Counted from the stretch's first letter, positions 29,197 through 39,599 are shown. The stretch is DNA of 64,000 bases from Trueperaceae bacterium (GCA_965214405.1 OZ243956.1:2784001-2848000), one strand, 5' to 3'. The notes: generated by a model from the letters alone, not told the origin. Numbers and translations: made by a program.

Positions 29197-30111
29197 TCAG
29201 GAGAGTCTGTCCGACAAGCGACGAAAGTCTGTGAGCGTCACCTTTTCCGCCCGCACCCTCGAGTCCAAACCGAGCGCCTCCAGCGCCTCCAGCACCTTTT
29301 CTTTATTAAAACCCGCCATCGTCAGGTTCTTATGGAGCGTTTTGCGGCGGTGCTTAAAGGCGTGCTCGATAAGCGCAAAGGTGGCAGGGTCGGCTTTTGC
29401 CGCGGGGTCTACGTCAAGCCTCACCAGCGAACTCGTCACCTCGGGCGCGGGAAAGAAGGCGCTCGGTTTGATGTCGCGTACTATAATAGCCGTCCCGTAG
29501 TGCTGCACGCGCAAGCTGAGCGCGCCGAACGCCGCGTCGCCGGGACGCGCCACGAGGCGCTGCGCGACTTCCTTTTGGACCAGAAAAACGAGGCGCTTGA
29601 AGCGCAAGGCAGAGAGCCCGCGCATGATGACGGGCGTGGCGACGTTGTAGGGCAAGTTGGCGACGAGCAGACTGCCTTCGGGCAGACTTCTCAAGTCGTA
29701 ACGCAACCCATCCTCGTGAACTATGTCCACATTGGGCAGCCCGCCCACCGTCTCCGCCAAAACGGGCAAGAGGCGCGCGTCAAGTTCAACGCTCACCACC
29801 TGTTTAGCGCGCGCGGCGAGTTCGCGCGTCAAGACGCCCAGGCCGGGGCCAATCTCGAGCACCGTGTCCTCAGCCCCAACCTCACCCGCCTCGGCGACCG
29901 CGCGCAGCGCGTTGCCGTCTATCAAAAAGTTTTGCCCAAACGCCTTGTCAGCGCGTAGGTTGTACTTGTTCAGAAGGTCTCGCACCGTTGACGGCGCGTA
30001 GAGGGGCGCGTTTTCTTGGGGGTGGGCTGAATCCGCCGTGCGTTTCACCAAGTCTTTCGTAATTTTTCTGGAGTTCTGGGGTTCTTTGCGAGGATGAACG
30101 CTTGCATCCAC
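29197..30111 (-). CDS. rsmA: 16S rRNA m6,2A dimethyltransferase (true start probably ~30049)
   Basis: KAFGQNFLID, EIGPGLGVLT, ANLPYNV, QKEVAQRL and RRKTL. Confidence 0.95.
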   Translation of the reverse strand: MDASVHPRKEPQNSRKITKDLVKRTADSAHPQENAPLYAPSTVRDLLNKYNLRADKAFGQNFLIDGNALRAVAEAGEVGAEDTVLEIGPGLGVLTRELAARAKQVVSVELDARLLPVLAETVGGLPNVDIVHEDGLRYDLRSLPEGSLLVANLPYNVATPVIMRGLSALRFKRLVFLVQKEVAQRLVARPGDAAFGALSLRVQHYGTAIIVRDIKPSAFFPAPEVTSSLVRLDVDPAAKADPATFALIEHAFKHRRKTLHKNLTMAGFNKEKVLEALEALGLDSRVRAEKVTLTDFRRLSDRLS

Positions 30112-30196
30112 CCTTTGCTACTCACTTGGTTTGGGTGTTTGAGTGCGTCAAACTTTAGCTCGAGCCTAGAGGTAGAGACGTTAAACTCTCTTTCCC

Positions 30197-30688
30197 TTAG
30201 GCCACGCTGGCTTCGATGGTGCTGCTGATGCGCGCTTGCGCCTCGCTCATGCTGAGTTTTTCGACCACCGCGATCTCGCTGGCGAGCATCGTCTTGGCGG
30301 TTTCTAAAATCTCGCGTTCGGTCGCGGCGAGCCCCTTGTCGAAGTCGCGCTGCGCGAGCACGCCGATGAGCCGCGCCAGCTCGTAGGCGTTGCCGCCCGA
30401 GACGATATCTTGCTCCGCCCGGTAGCGCGGCGGCCACTGCGTCGGGAGCGAGAGGTCGGCCTTGGTGATGGTGTCTAACAGCGCCCCAATTTCTTCGGGT
30501 CCCACCGTGAGACGCAGGCCCACTTCCTGACCTTTTCTGAGGGGGACGAGCACGTCCATATCGCCGCGGACAAACGAGATTTTGAGGTATTCGTGCGTTT
30601 CGCCCAGCACCTCCCGCGTCGTTTTTTCGTCCACGACCCCCGCTCCCTGAGACGGGTACACCACATTGTCGCCAACCTTGAATGTCAC
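30197..30688 (-). CDS. carD: CarD family transcription regulator
   Basis: FKVGDNVVYPSQGAG, VLVP...VGLR and conserved W (QWPPRY); RBS AGGAGG. Confidence 0.93.
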   Translation of the reverse strand: MTFKVGDNVVYPSQGAGVVDEKTTREVLGETHEYLKISFVRGDMDVLVPLRKGQEVGLRLTVGPEEIGALLDTITKADLSLPTQWPPRYRAEQDIVSGGNAYELARLIGVLAQRDFDKGLAATEREILETAKTMLASEIAVVEKLSMSEAQARISSTIEASVA

Positions 30689-30781
30689 AGGTGCGTCCTC
30701 CTAAAGGAAGCGTACCATTGTTTGCATCCCGTGGGCGTTCCGTTATGAGTGAGGGAGCCGGGTCGAGCGGTTACGAGGTCA

Positions 30782-31390
30782 TTAGCTGGGAATCACCCTA
30801 CCCGCATAAAGGGCGAACGCGACAGTACAAGCTTCACCCTCTCCCGCTACCCCTTCACGCTCAGCAGCCTCGAGCGCCTCTCTCATCACCCGCGCGACCG
30901 AAGCGTATCCTTCACGACTTAGCCGCACTTCCGCCATACCCAACGCGGGTTGATAAGCACCAACAGAGACGCCTTTTCCAAGGTTAAGCAGCCCGTACTC
31001 ACTATTTTCTTCGTCGGCTTCACGTTGCACCGCCTCAAAAAATGTCTCGAACGCCCGCGTGAATCCCTTTTGCAATCCCTCAAGGAGCGCGTTCCCACCC
31101 GCCGTTAGCGCCTCTCCCACAACGCCCAACGCTTCTTTGCGAAAGCGAAACTTCGTGCCCACCCGTTCGTAAACCCGGCTGCGCCCGTTTTCGCTCACCA
31201 CGCGCAGCAGACCCGCCTCCGCCAGACGCTTAACCTGGTAATGAAGCCTGTTCGCGGGGACACCAAGTTTTTTGGCGGCGGCGCTGGGGTTGAGGGGTTC
31301 GTCAAAGGTCTCGAGCAACAGATACGTTTCTGCGTTGTGAAGGAGCTCGAGTCCTCGTTCGTCTATGGTCACTGCTGCGCTTTCTGTCAT
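30782..31390 (-). CDS. Winged-HTH (ArsR-like) domain protein
   Basis: SAAAKKLGVPANRLHYQVKRLAEAGLLRV. Confidence 0.8.
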   Translation of the reverse strand: MTESAAVTIDERGLELLHNAETYLLLETFDEPLNPSAAAKKLGVPANRLHYQVKRLAEAGLLRVVSENGRSRVYERVGTKFRFRKEALGVVGEALTAGGNALLEGLQKGFTRAFETFFEAVQREADEENSEYGLLNLGKGVSVGAYQPALGMAEVRLSREGYASVARVMREALEAAEREGVAGEGEACTVAFALYAGRVIPS

Positions 31391-31554
31391 GCTTCATTGT
31401 GCATGGACACGTTTTCAAATGCTAGCGGGAGATTTGAAAAGGAGCATTTGGGTGGGGCTTGAGGTTATACAAACTGACAAGTTTTTGAACGTCGCCGACC
31501 TCATGCTAAAATGCGTGTATATGAATGTCGGGCATTCAGCATGGAGGTGTGAGC

Positions 31555-31839
31555 GTGGCAGACATTAGCAAAGTAGGCAAGCGCGGCACCGTCGTTCTCC
31601 CGGCTGCGTTGCGGCGACGCTTCAACATCGAAGAGGGCGCGCTCGTGATTGCTGAGGCGCGCGATGAGGGCATCCTGATTCGGCCCGCTGTGGCGCTGCC
31701 GCTCGAGGTTTACACCCCGGAGCGCCAGGCGGAGTTCTTACTCTCCAACGCGGTAGATGAAGAGGATTACCGGGGGGCGGTCGAAGCCGTGCGGAAGATG
31801 GGCCTAGACCCCGAAGCGATACCTCACCACAAGCCCTAA
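31555..31839 (+). CDS. AbrB/MazE/SpoVT-type antitoxin
   Basis: SKVGKRGTVVLPAALRRRFNIEEG; RBS GGAGG; upstream inverted repeat TGAATG..CATTCA (31522-38). Confidence 0.88.
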   Translation: MADISKVGKRGTVVLPAALRRRFNIEEGALVIAEARDEGILIRPAVALPLEVYTPERQAEFLLSNAVDEEDYRGAVEAVRKMGLDPEAIPHHKP

Positions 31840-31841
31840 CC

Positions 31842-32237
31842 TTGGACATCGTCTTTCTGGACGCCAACGTGCTCTTTTCGGCGACTTACCGCACCGACGC
31901 CGGGCTGCGGAAGTTTTGGGCGTTGGACGTCAAGCTGGTGAGTTCGGCCTACGCTACGGAGGAAGCGCGGAGAAATCTAAAGCCCTCACAGCGGGAGGAT
32001 TTGGCTAACTTGCTCAGACGTGTAGAAGTGCTGGGAATGAAGCGGTCACCAAAGAACATCTTGGATGTTGGCTTACCCGAAAAAGACAAACCCATTTTAT
32101 CCGCCGCAGTTGATGCGGGGGCGACGCATTTGGTGACGGGAGATGTTAAGCATTTCGGTCCGCTTTATGGTCAGCGTGTTGGGGGCGTGCTCATTTTGTC
32201 GCCTGCTGCTTACTTCGCGGCTCGAGCTGGTGCGTAG
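31842..32237 (+). CDS. PIN-domain toxin, apparently intact (TTG start)
   Basis: VFLDANVLFSA, EEARRN, KDKPILSAA and LVTGDVKHF. Confidence 0.88.
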   Translation: MDIVFLDANVLFSATYRTDAGLRKFWALDVKLVSSAYATEEARRNLKPSQREDLANLLRRVEVLGMKRSPKNILDVGLPEKDKPILSAAVDAGATHLVTGDVKHFGPLYGQRVGGVLILSPAAYFAARAGA

Positions 32238-32239
32238 GG

Positions 32240-34282
32240 CTAACGCCGACCCGCCCCCACTTTCGGCTTCTGCGGCTTCTGCCCAGGCACCGTCGCCATC
32301 TTGATCTCTTTACCCTGCAAACGGGCTTCTAATTCCCTAATCCGGTCACGGATGGCGGCGGCGCGCTCGAAGTCTAGGTCTTCGGAAGCCTGCCACATCT
32401 CGGCCTCTAAAATGCCCAACTCCTGCTTGACGTCGTCCATGACCAGCTCGCGCTCCCAGGGGTCGAGCTTGACTTCGGCCTCCTCGCCCTCGCTTTCGCC
32501 GCGAATCACGTCGTGAATGCGCTTGCGGATCGTCTCGGGGGTGACGCCGTGCTTTTCGTTGTAAGCAAGCTGCTTCTCGCGGCGGCGCTCGGTCTCGTCA
32601 ATGGCGGCGCGCATCGCGTCCGAAACGACGTCGGCGTAGAGGAACACCTCGCCCTTGACGTTGCGCGCGGCGCGCCCGATGGTCTGGATGAGCGAACGTT
32701 CGCTTCGCAAGAAACCCGTCTTGTCCGCGTCGAGGATCGCCACGAGCGAGACCTCAGGCAAATCCAGCCCCTCACGCAAGAGGTTGATGCCGACCAGCAC
32801 GTCAAAGTGACCCAGGCGAAGGTCGCGGATGATGACCTGACGCTCCACCGCGTCGATGTCCGAGTGCATGTAGCGCACCCGGAGACCCTGCTGCGCGAAG
32901 TATTCGGTCAAGTCTTCCGACATCTTTTTGGTGAGCGTGGTAACAAGCACGCGCTCGTCACGGCTCGCGCGCTCGCGGATGGCGAAGACGAGGTCGTCAA
33001 TCTGGCCGCGGCTCGGCTTGACGGTGATGGCGGGGTCGATGAGGCCGGTGGGGCGGATCACTTGCTCGACGGTGTTGTCAGATAACGCCGCCTCGCCCGC
33101 CGCCGGGGTGGCCGAGACGAAGATGACTTGGCCCACTCGAGCCAAAAATTCAGGCTCCTTGAGAGGCCGGTTGTCAAGCGCAGCGGGCAGTCTGAAGCCA
33201 TAATCCACCAGCGTCCCCTTGCGCGCCCTGTCGCCGTTATACATGCCGCGAATCTGTGGGAGCATCACGTGCGACTCGTCCAAAAAGGTGATGAAGTCAT
33301 CCGGGAAGTAGTCGAGCAGCGTGTGCGGCGGCTCGCCCGGCTGCCGACCATCCAAGTACCGCGAATAATTCTCGATGCCGTTGCAGTAGCCCAGCGTACG
33401 GAGCATCTCTAAGTCGTACATCGTGCGCTCTTTGATGCGCTGCTTTTCTAAGAGCTTGTCCACCGACTCAAAGTAGCGGAGCCGGTCGCCCAAGTCGTGC
33501 TCGATGTGGTTGAGGGCGGGCTCGAGCTTGTCAAAGGGCGTGACGTAGTGCTTGGCGGGAAAGACGGTGGTCGTCTCTAACTCGCTCACTTCCTTGCCCG
33601 TCACAGGGTCCACCATCACCAAACGGTCAATCTCGTCGCCCCAGAGTTCGATGCGCAGGGGCAGTTCTTCATATGCCGCCCAGACCTCGACCACGTCCCC
33701 CTTGGCCCGAAAGCGTCCGGCGGCGAGTTCAACATCATTGCGCTCGTACTGCTGCGTAATCAGCCGCTCCAAAATCGCGTCGCGCGGCATCTGCGCGCCG
33801 ACGCGCAAGAGCAAGTTGAGGTTTTGGTACTCCGTCGGCGAGCCCAAGCCGTAGATGGCCGACACCGACGCCACCACAATCACGTCTTTGCGCGTTAAGA
33901 GGCTGCGGGTGGTCGAGTGACGCAGACGTTCCAACTCCATGTTGATGTTGGCGTCTTTTTCGATGAACAGGTCCCTGGCAGGTACATACGCCTCGGGCTG
34001 ATAATAATCGTAGTAGGAGATAAAAAACTCGACCGCGGCGTCCGGAAAAAAGTCGCGGAACTCGGCGGCGAGCTGCGCGGTCAAGATTTTGTTGGGGGCC
34101 AAGACGAGCGCGGGGCGCTGCGTCGCCTCGATAATCTTCGCCATCGTATAGGTTTTGCCCGTGCCCGTCGCGCCCAGGAGCGTCTGAAAGCGCAGGCCGT
34201 TTTCCAGCCCCTCGACCAGTCCCGCGATGGCCTGGGGTTGGTCGCCTTTGGGGGAGTAGGGGGAGTGGACTGTTAATGACAT
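32240..34282 (-). CDS. uvrB: Excinuclease ABC subunit B
   Basis: [18 protein letters not shown] beta-hairpin, [14 protein letters not shown] and C-terminal UVR domain. Confidence 0.98.
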   Translation of the reverse strand: MSLTVHSPYSPKGDQPQAIAGLVEGLENGLRFQTLLGATGTGKTYTMAKIIEATQRPALVLAPNKILTAQLAAEFRDFFPDAAVEFFISYYDYYQPEAYVPARDLFIEKDANINMELERLRHSTTRSLLTRKDVIVVASVSAIYGLGSPTEYQNLNLLLRVGAQMPRDAILERLITQQYERNDVELAAGRFRAKGDVVEVWAAYEELPLRIELWGDEIDRLVMVDPVTGKEVSELETTTVFPAKHYVTPFDKLEPALNHIEHDLGDRLRYFESVDKLLEKQRIKERTMYDLEMLRTLGYCNGIENYSRYLDGRQPGEPPHTLLDYFPDDFITFLDESHVMLPQIRGMYNGDRARKGTLVDYGFRLPAALDNRPLKEPEFLARVGQVIFVSATPAAGEAALSDNTVEQVIRPTGLIDPAITVKPSRGQIDDLVFAIRERASRDERVLVTTLTKKMSEDLTEYFAQQGLRVRYMHSDIDAVERQVIIRDLRLGHFDVLVGINLLREGLDLPEVSLVAILDADKTGFLRSERSLIQTIGRAARNVKGEVFLYADVVSDAMRAAIDETERRREKQLAYNEKHGVTPETIRKRIHDVIRGESEGEEAEVKLDPWERELVMDDVKQELGILEAEMWQASEDLDFERAAAIRDRIRELEARLQGKEIKMATVPGQKPQKPKVGAGRR

Positions 34283-34284
34283 AG
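34268..34284 (-). promoter_or_regulatory. Candidate RDRM (DdrO-type) operator overlapping the leaderless uvrB start
   Basis: CTATGTCATTAACAGTC resembles the 17-bp TTATGT-N5-ACAKAA palindrome; -10 TAAAAT lies 6 nt before the ATG. Confidence 0.5.
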
Positions 34285-34413
34285 GGTTATTTTACCTCCC
34301 AAAGGTGTCAGGGCGTGTCAGGTATAGAGAAAATTCTGAATTAAATCTCAGTGTTGTCGAGACTTCAAAAGCCCAACCATGCGTTGCGTTACACTAGTGC
34401 CAAAGGAGGAAAC

Positions 34414-34854
34414 ATGCCAACACGTTCAGCCAACGCTGTGTGGGAAGGTAAGCTGCAAAACGGCCAGGGGACCATGAAGCTCGGGAGCGGCGCGTTCGAG
34501 GGGAACTATTCGTTCCCGTCGCGCTTCGAGTCGGGCGGGGGCACGAACCCCGAAGAGCTCATCGGCGCGGCCCACGCGGGCTGCTTTTCGATGGCGCTCG
34601 CCGCGGCTTTGGGTCAAGCAGGCTACACGCCAGAGCGCGTCCAGACCGAGGCCAAAGTTCACTTAGAAAAGGTCGGCGAGGGTTTCAAGATTACCAAGAT
34701 TGAGCTCGAGACCGAAGCCAGCATCCCCAACATCGACGAAAACGAGTTTCAGGAGCAGGCAGAGGCCGCCAAGAAAAACTGCCCGGTCTCGCAGGCCCTG
34801 ACGGGTACGGAGATTACGCTTAACGCCAAGCTGATGAGCCAAGCGCAGGCTTAG
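34414..34854 (+). CDS. osmC: OsmC family peroxiredoxin
   Basis: GTNPEELIGAAHAGCFSMAL and AKKNCPVSQAL; RBS AGGAGG. Confidence 0.95.
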   Translation: MPTRSANAVWEGKLQNGQGTMKLGSGAFEGNYSFPSRFESGGGTNPEELIGAAHAGCFSMALAAALGQAGYTPERVQTEAKVHLEKVGEGFKITKIELETEASIPNIDENEFQEQAEAAKKNCPVSQALTGTEITLNAKLMSQAQA

Positions 34855-34877
34855 CAGTCAAGACTGACAACAAAGTA

Positions 34878-34908
34878 AAAGGGAGAAGGCTGTAAACCTT
34901 CTCCCTTT
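34878..34908. terminator. Intrinsic terminator after osmC, probably bidirectional
   Basis: AAAGGGAGAAGG-ctgtaaa-CCTTCTCCCTTT. Confidence 0.85.
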
Positions 34909-34965
34909 CTGATTGTTTTGGATTGTTATCTCAGATAGTTTGGGGGTAAGAAAAGAGTTTCATTT

Positions 34966-35268
34966 TTACCTGCTCCCAAGCCACTTAACATAGTTGAGTA
35001 AGCTGCTTTTAGCCATGAACGATAGCAGTTGGAAACTTGGAACCACAGGTGTTTTTTCGTGTAGGTTGTAAGCACCTTTCCGCTCTTCTTTTTTCCATTC
35101 CCCTCTCTGTATCTCCTCTTCTGAATACTCCCTTGGCTTAATCTCTTCTTCTGAATATATCTTTGGCACATACACAGCTTGAAAGAGGCGGGTGCGGCTT
35201 CTATGATCATGGAGGGCGGGCTGCTCTCCGTTATGAGTGTAGTTTGACCTAAAGTCGTGGGCACCAAC
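34966..35268 (-). pseudogene. 3' remnant (100 codons) of a probable HEPN-domain gene, cut at the IS end
   Basis: Frame is open from the IS junction: VGAHDFRSNYTHNG (R-X4-H) through LLSFMAKSSLLNYVKWL; low GC. Confidence 0.5.
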
Positions 35269-35270
35269 TC

Positions 35271-36394
35271 AGTACACGACAGATTTGAAATAAAGGGCTC
35301 TCCAGTGAAGAATGGATGTTGCGAGACACCACTTCAAGGGAGAGCATATGAAGCATACCGGGTTGCTGGCACAGTTGAAAGCGAGCGGCTTAAAGCTGCA
35401 CCCGTCACGGCTTAAGTTCTTGAGCTTGTTGATGATCGCGATGGTGCAGGCAAAGACGGTGAACTTGGCGACGTTGGTAGGCATGATGGAGGGCAGAGCC
35501 CAGCCGGACTCGCTTTACAGACGGGCGCAACGGTTTTTCCAAGGCTTGCACTTGGCCGATGAGACAGTTTTCAGGTACGCGCTGAGTCTAGGTCCCAAGC
35601 GAAGCTACAGCCTGTGCCTAGACCGGACGAACTGGAAGTTTGGCAAACTCGACATCAACATCTTGACCCTGGCTTATGCGCATGAGGGCGTAGCGGTTCC
35701 CTTACTGTGGTGTCTTTTGCCCAAGGCTGGCAACTCCGCCACGCAAGAACGCATTACGCTTTTGGAGCGTTTGCTAAAACTTTTGCCCGTAGACCAGCTA
35801 GAGGTGCTGCTAGCCGATAGGGAGTTCATCGGGGGCGACTGGTTCGCTTATCTTGAGCGTAAGCACATCCCTTTCGTTATCCGCGTGCGTAAAGACGCTC
35901 TCGGTGATGGCTGGTTTCATCTGTTCGGCTTTTTCCAGCATCTACCTGTGGGTGAGCACAAGGTACTTAAACAGCGCTACACTGTCTTTGGTGTTGAGCT
36001 TGGGGTTGCAGGCGCGCGTTTAGAGGGTGGAGAATACATCATCGTCGTCACCAACCGCAATCCTAAGCAGGCCCTCGCAAGCTACGCGAAGCGCTGGCAG
36101 ATAGAATGCTTGTTCAAAGCCTTGAAAAGCAGCGGCTTTGACTTTGAAGCTACGCATCTCAAGCACCTAGAGCGCATTAACACCTTACTTGTCGTTGTGA
36201 CCCTGGCTTTCTTATGGGCCTTGAAAGTCGGAGCATTTGTTCACCGTCAGCTCAAACCTGTTCGAATGAAGTCGCACGGGCGCAAGCAGAAGTCTTTATT
36301 CCGGGCAGGCTTAGACCATCTCAGGCATCTGCTCACCAACTCGGCAACCAAAAAGCCTGACCTGGACCGCTGTTTTCGGCTTTTGTCGTGTACT
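35271..36394 (+). mobile_element. IS4-family-like insertion sequence
   Basis: Terminal IRs AGTACACGACA and TGTCGTGTACT in a CTNAG context; flanks are not duplicated (CTCAG vs CTTAG). Confidence 0.88.
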
Positions 36395-36397
36395 TAG
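35312..36397 (+). CDS. DDE transposase (IS4-like); start may be ATG 35348
   Basis: LDRTNW, LADREFIG and YAKRWQIECLFKALKS (Y-R-E-K); ends LSCT, with the stop codon completed at the junction. Confidence 0.93.
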   Translation: MDVARHHFKGEHMKHTGLLAQLKASGLKLHPSRLKFLSLLMIAMVQAKTVNLATLVGMMEGRAQPDSLYRRAQRFFQGLHLADETVFRYALSLGPKRSYSLCLDRTNWKFGKLDINILTLAYAHEGVAVPLLWCLLPKAGNSATQERITLLERLLKLLPVDQLEVLLADREFIGGDWFAYLERKHIPFVIRVRKDALGDGWFHLFGFFQHLPVGEHKVLKQRYTVFGVELGVAGARLEGGEYIIVVTNRNPKQALASYAKRWQIECLFKALKSSGFDFEATHLKHLERINTLLVVVTLAFLWALKVGAFVHRQLKPVRMKSHGRKQKSLFRAGLDHLRHLLTNSATKKPDLDRCFRLLSCT

Positions 36398-37328
36398 CCC
36401 TGACTGTTAAATCTACCGCTTCTTCTGGGGCATACTCAACAATCTTTTTTGCGAATCCTAGAACTTCCCTATCTCCTATAATGCCATAAACTTGATCATT
36501 GGAAGTGAAAGCTTGAAGTATTTTTATGATTTCCTGACTGCTAAAATCGTTGACTCTACTGAGTTTTGAAATAGCCGAATGAGTTGCGGAGAAGCTTGAT
36601 GAGCCCTCCAAATCCTCTATGGCTGTCAGTTTTCTTACTTCACCAGACAGTTTAATCTCCGGAAAGTATTTTCCTAAAAAGGATGGTAAATTCTTGTGAA
36701 GCTCTATCTCGCCGCCGTTCTTTTCTTCCCACTCTCGCTTTAGATAATCCTTTATGCTTCCTTTGGTGAGTACAGATTCATAATCACCATCTGAACTTAC
36801 CAGTGTTAGATTTTCCTCGTCGGCAACATTCTCAAGTAGCCACTCCCAACAAATCGCATCCCCAAGGCTACCTTTTTTCCCAGGTGGGTTCCCTAGTGCT
36901 ACGCGAAGCTTGGCCCTCTTGACTATTTCGTCCTCGACAGTTTCCGTCTTTGCTCTACCAAACAATCTTGCTATCACGGAATCTGCTTTGAGTTCATTAT
37001 TATTTATGTCACTCTCCACCATTCTTTTAAGGTCTTTTGCCTGTTTGTTAACTTCATCAATCGCGTTACTCAAGCATTCAACTTCTTTACGACCACGTAC
37101 AATGTTTGGGATTCGTGAAACTGCTTTTGTCTCATCAAATTGTTTGAGAGCATCCGAAATAACGCCCTCTCTGTTTCTCCAGAATTCATCTTCTACCTGT
37201 TTTGGAGCATATAATTTGAGGCGTCCAGCCCCCATAAGTTCGACTATTTTTTGAAGCTCGTCTAAATCTGGACCTGATAGATGGTAGAAGTCCAAAAGGA
37301 TGTTGGTATCCAGAAAAACGTTTATCAT
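36333..37328 (-). CDS. PIN-like domain protein (DUF4935-type); native C-terminus replaced by IS sequence
   Basis: VFLDTNILLDFY, GNPPGK.GSLGDAICWEWLL and VSSDGDY; last ~20 codons read into the IS; low GC. Confidence 0.8.
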   Translation of the reverse strand: MINVFLDTNILLDFYHLSGPDLDELQKIVELMGAGRLKLYAPKQVEDEFWRNREGVISDALKQFDETKAVSRIPNIVRGRKEVECLSNAIDEVNKQAKDLKRMVESDINNNELKADSVIARLFGRAKTETVEDEIVKRAKLRVALGNPPGKKGSLGDAICWEWLLENVADEENLTLVSSDGDYESVLTKGSIKDYLKREWEEKNGGEIELHKNLPSFLGKYFPEIKLSGEVRKLTAIEDLEGSSSFSATHSAISKLSRVNDFSSQEIIKILQAFTSNDQVYGIIGDREVLGFAKKIVEYAPEEAVDLTVRAKYTTKAENSGPGQAFWLPSW

Positions 37329-37369
37329 TAGTGTGCCTCCTCGTCACAAGTCTCTGTCATAGTTACTTT

Positions 37370-37924
37370 TTAGAGACCAGCGTAAAGTTCCCCCACCGCA
37401 AGCTCGAGCCCCACGCACGGCAGCTCAACCTTTTCTCCCGCCTCTTTCACACTGTAGCGCCAGGTGCCGCCCTCGTCACGCTCGTAAATCTCAATGCGCT
37501 GCACATCCTGATTGATGAGCACGTAAGCGCGCAGGCTTTCGAACCTGAGGTAGTTGTGGAGCTTTTCGCCTCGGTCGACGGCCTCGGTGGAAGGGGAGAG
37601 CACTTCAACGATGAGACAGGGCCTGCGTTTGACGTAAGCGTCATCGTCTTCTTCATCACAGGTGACGAGCACGTCCGGGTAGTAGCCGACGCCGTCGGGG
37701 GTACGAACTTTCATGTCGGCGAAAAAGGTGCGGCAGGGTCCGGTTTCGGCGCTCAGCAGCCGGGCGTACAGGCGGCCCGCGAGGCGGTTGTGGCGGTCCG
37801 AAGCGCCCGCCATCACGAACACTTGGCCGTGGACGAACTCGTGTTTGACGGGGGAGTGACGCTCGAGTTCCAGATACTCCTCAAAGGTCAAGCCCGACCG
37901 GACGGGTTCAGCGGTGCGTGACAT
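37370..37924 (-). CDS. Uma2 family endonuclease
   Basis: KHEFVHG..MAGAS.RH, YYPDV and VEVLSPSTEAVDRGEK. Confidence 0.93.
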   Translation of the reverse strand: MSRTAEPVRSGLTFEEYLELERHSPVKHEFVHGQVFVMAGASDRHNRLAGRLYARLLSAETGPCRTFFADMKVRTPDGVGYYPDVLVTCDEEDDDAYVKRRPCLIVEVLSPSTEAVDRGEKLHNYLRFESLRAYVLINQDVQRIEIYERDEGGTWRYSVKEAGEKVELPCVGLELAVGELYAGL

Positions 37925-37992
37925 AGTCCATTATACGGTTACTTTTTATGATGTTGCCCTCGAGCCTCAAGCATACGCATCGTACAGGGTTG

Positions 37993-38760
37993 TTAGTCGT
38001 TGCTTTGAGGTAATGGGCTCGAGCTGGACAACACACCACCCAAATCAACCGCCTGAACGCTGATGACAAGCAATTCCGGTTCACTACCCAGCAGGTTCGT
38101 TTGCAGAAACTTGTTGGAAAATCGGGCGGTACCAAAGAACCCGAAGTCAAACGTGTAGAAAACAAGTTGACCATCGGGGCGGTGCATCCTGACCTCGAGG
38201 AAGATGTCCTTCTCTTCTACGTTTCCTATGACATCTTCATAAAATGAAGGGAAGATGCTGAAAAGTTGCTTTTCTTCCCCTCCTTGCCAGTCAAGCGCGT
38301 CGAGCGGCATTTCAACTGTTGTTAAGGGGCCAAGGTAGGTCAGCTTGTCGGTGGGGTAGTTCTGCTCGAAGTAAGGGCCATCAGGATAATTAACTGCAGG
38401 TTCTGTGGTCGTCGAAACTTTAACGCGTGCATCTGACTCTAGCGCAGCTCTTGAAAACGCTACGCCCGCAAGACTCTCGCGCCAAAGCTCTTTGGGCTCG
38501 TAATGTCGTATCGTTACCGCTCTTTGCTCTTCAGTTACAACTTCCTCCCGCTGACGAACTTGAGGAGCGTTGGGTGCGTTACTTTGAACAAGAACCACCT
38601 GTGAGAAGGTGCCGACCACTTCTGCGCCTGCTGTAGCGCTGACCATTCCCGCATCAACCGAACCGACCACCAGCCAAGCCGTCACCGCAAGCAACGTGAG
38701 GTTCACTCTGGTATCAGATTCATATGCACGAATCCATCTTCCTCTTCGCGCCCTCGTCAA
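37993..38760 (-). CDS. Hypothetical protein, lower GC, start uncertain, possibly a fragment
   Basis: Long ORF with a hydrophobic N-terminal stretch; no recognisable motif. Confidence 0.45.
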   Translation of the reverse strand: MTRARRGRWIRAYESDTRVNLTLLAVTAWLVVGSVDAGMVSATAGAEVVGTFSQVVLVQSNAPNAPQVRQREEVVTEEQRAVTIRHYEPKELWRESLAGVAFSRAALESDARVKVSTTTEPAVNYPDGPYFEQNYPTDKLTYLGPLTTVEMPLDALDWQGGEEKQLFSIFPSFYEDVIGNVEEKDIFLEVRMHRPDGQLVFYTFDFGFFGTARFSNKFLQTNLLGSEPELLVISVQAVDLGGVLSSSSPLPQSND

Positions 38761-39599
38761 AAAGAAGCGCGCGGCACCCCCCCATCCAAAATCGCTCTCA
38801 TCCGCGCCTCGACAAGTTTATTGAAAGGCGGGTGCGTGAGGATGTAAAAGCTCTCCTTTTGGATGCCCTCGAACACGGCTTGAGCTACGTCGGCGGGCTC
38901 GAGCCCTCCCTTGACGGCTTCCATAATCGCGCCCGCGGTGCGCTGCGTGCCCTCGTCAACGGTTTCTAAAAGGGTGCGCTCCTCCGCCCGGCGGTTTCGC
39001 TCCGAGAGGTGGATGTTGGTCTTGATCCAGGCGGGGCAGAGCACCGATACGCCGATGTTGGCGTCAACCTCCCGAAAGTCCAAATGGAGCGTTTCGGAAA
39101 GCGCCACCACCGCGTGTTTGGTCACGCCGTAGGTGTTCATGCGTTTGGTAGAGATGAGCCCGGCAATCGAGGCGGTGTTGACGACGTGAGCACTCTCGCC
39201 GTGCGTCAACATGCGGGGTACAAAGACCTTAACGCCGTAGACGACACTCCGCAGGTTCACGCCCAGCACCCAGTCCCAGTCTTCTAACGAACTCTCCCAG
39301 AGGAGGCGCGGCGCGCTCGAGACGCCCGCGTTGTTAAAAAGCAGGTGGACGTTGCCGAAGCGTTCTTCGGCAGCTCTTGCGAGATGCTCAATCTCCTCGA
39401 AACGGCTCACGTCGGTCTTGACGGTGAGGAAGTCCGCACCCTTGGTCTCGAGCTCCCCCGCAACCATCTCCAAATCCCCTTCGCTGATGTCCGCCAGCAC
39501 CACCTTCATCCCCAGCGCCGCGGCCCGGTGCGCCAGCGCCCGCCCGACGCCGCTCCCCGCGCCCGTGACGACGGCGGTTTTGCCCGCAAAGTCCTTCAT
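38757..39599 (-). CDS. SDR family oxidoreductase
   Basis: TGAGSGVG, NNAG and YGVTK (YxxxK). Confidence 0.93.
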   Translation of the reverse strand: MKDFAGKTAVVTGAGSGVGRALAHRAAALGMKVVLADISEGDLEMVAGELETKGADFLTVKTDVSRFEEIEHLARAAEERFGNVHLLFNNAGVSSAPRLLWESSLEDWDWVLGVNLRSVVYGVKVFVPRMLTHGESAHVVNTASIAGLISTKRMNTYGVTKHAVVALSETLHLDFREVDANIGVSVLCPAWIKTNIHLSERNRRAEERTLLETVDEGTQRTAGAIMEAVKGGLEPADVAQAVFEGIQKESFYILTHPPFNKLVEARMRAILDGGVPRASF

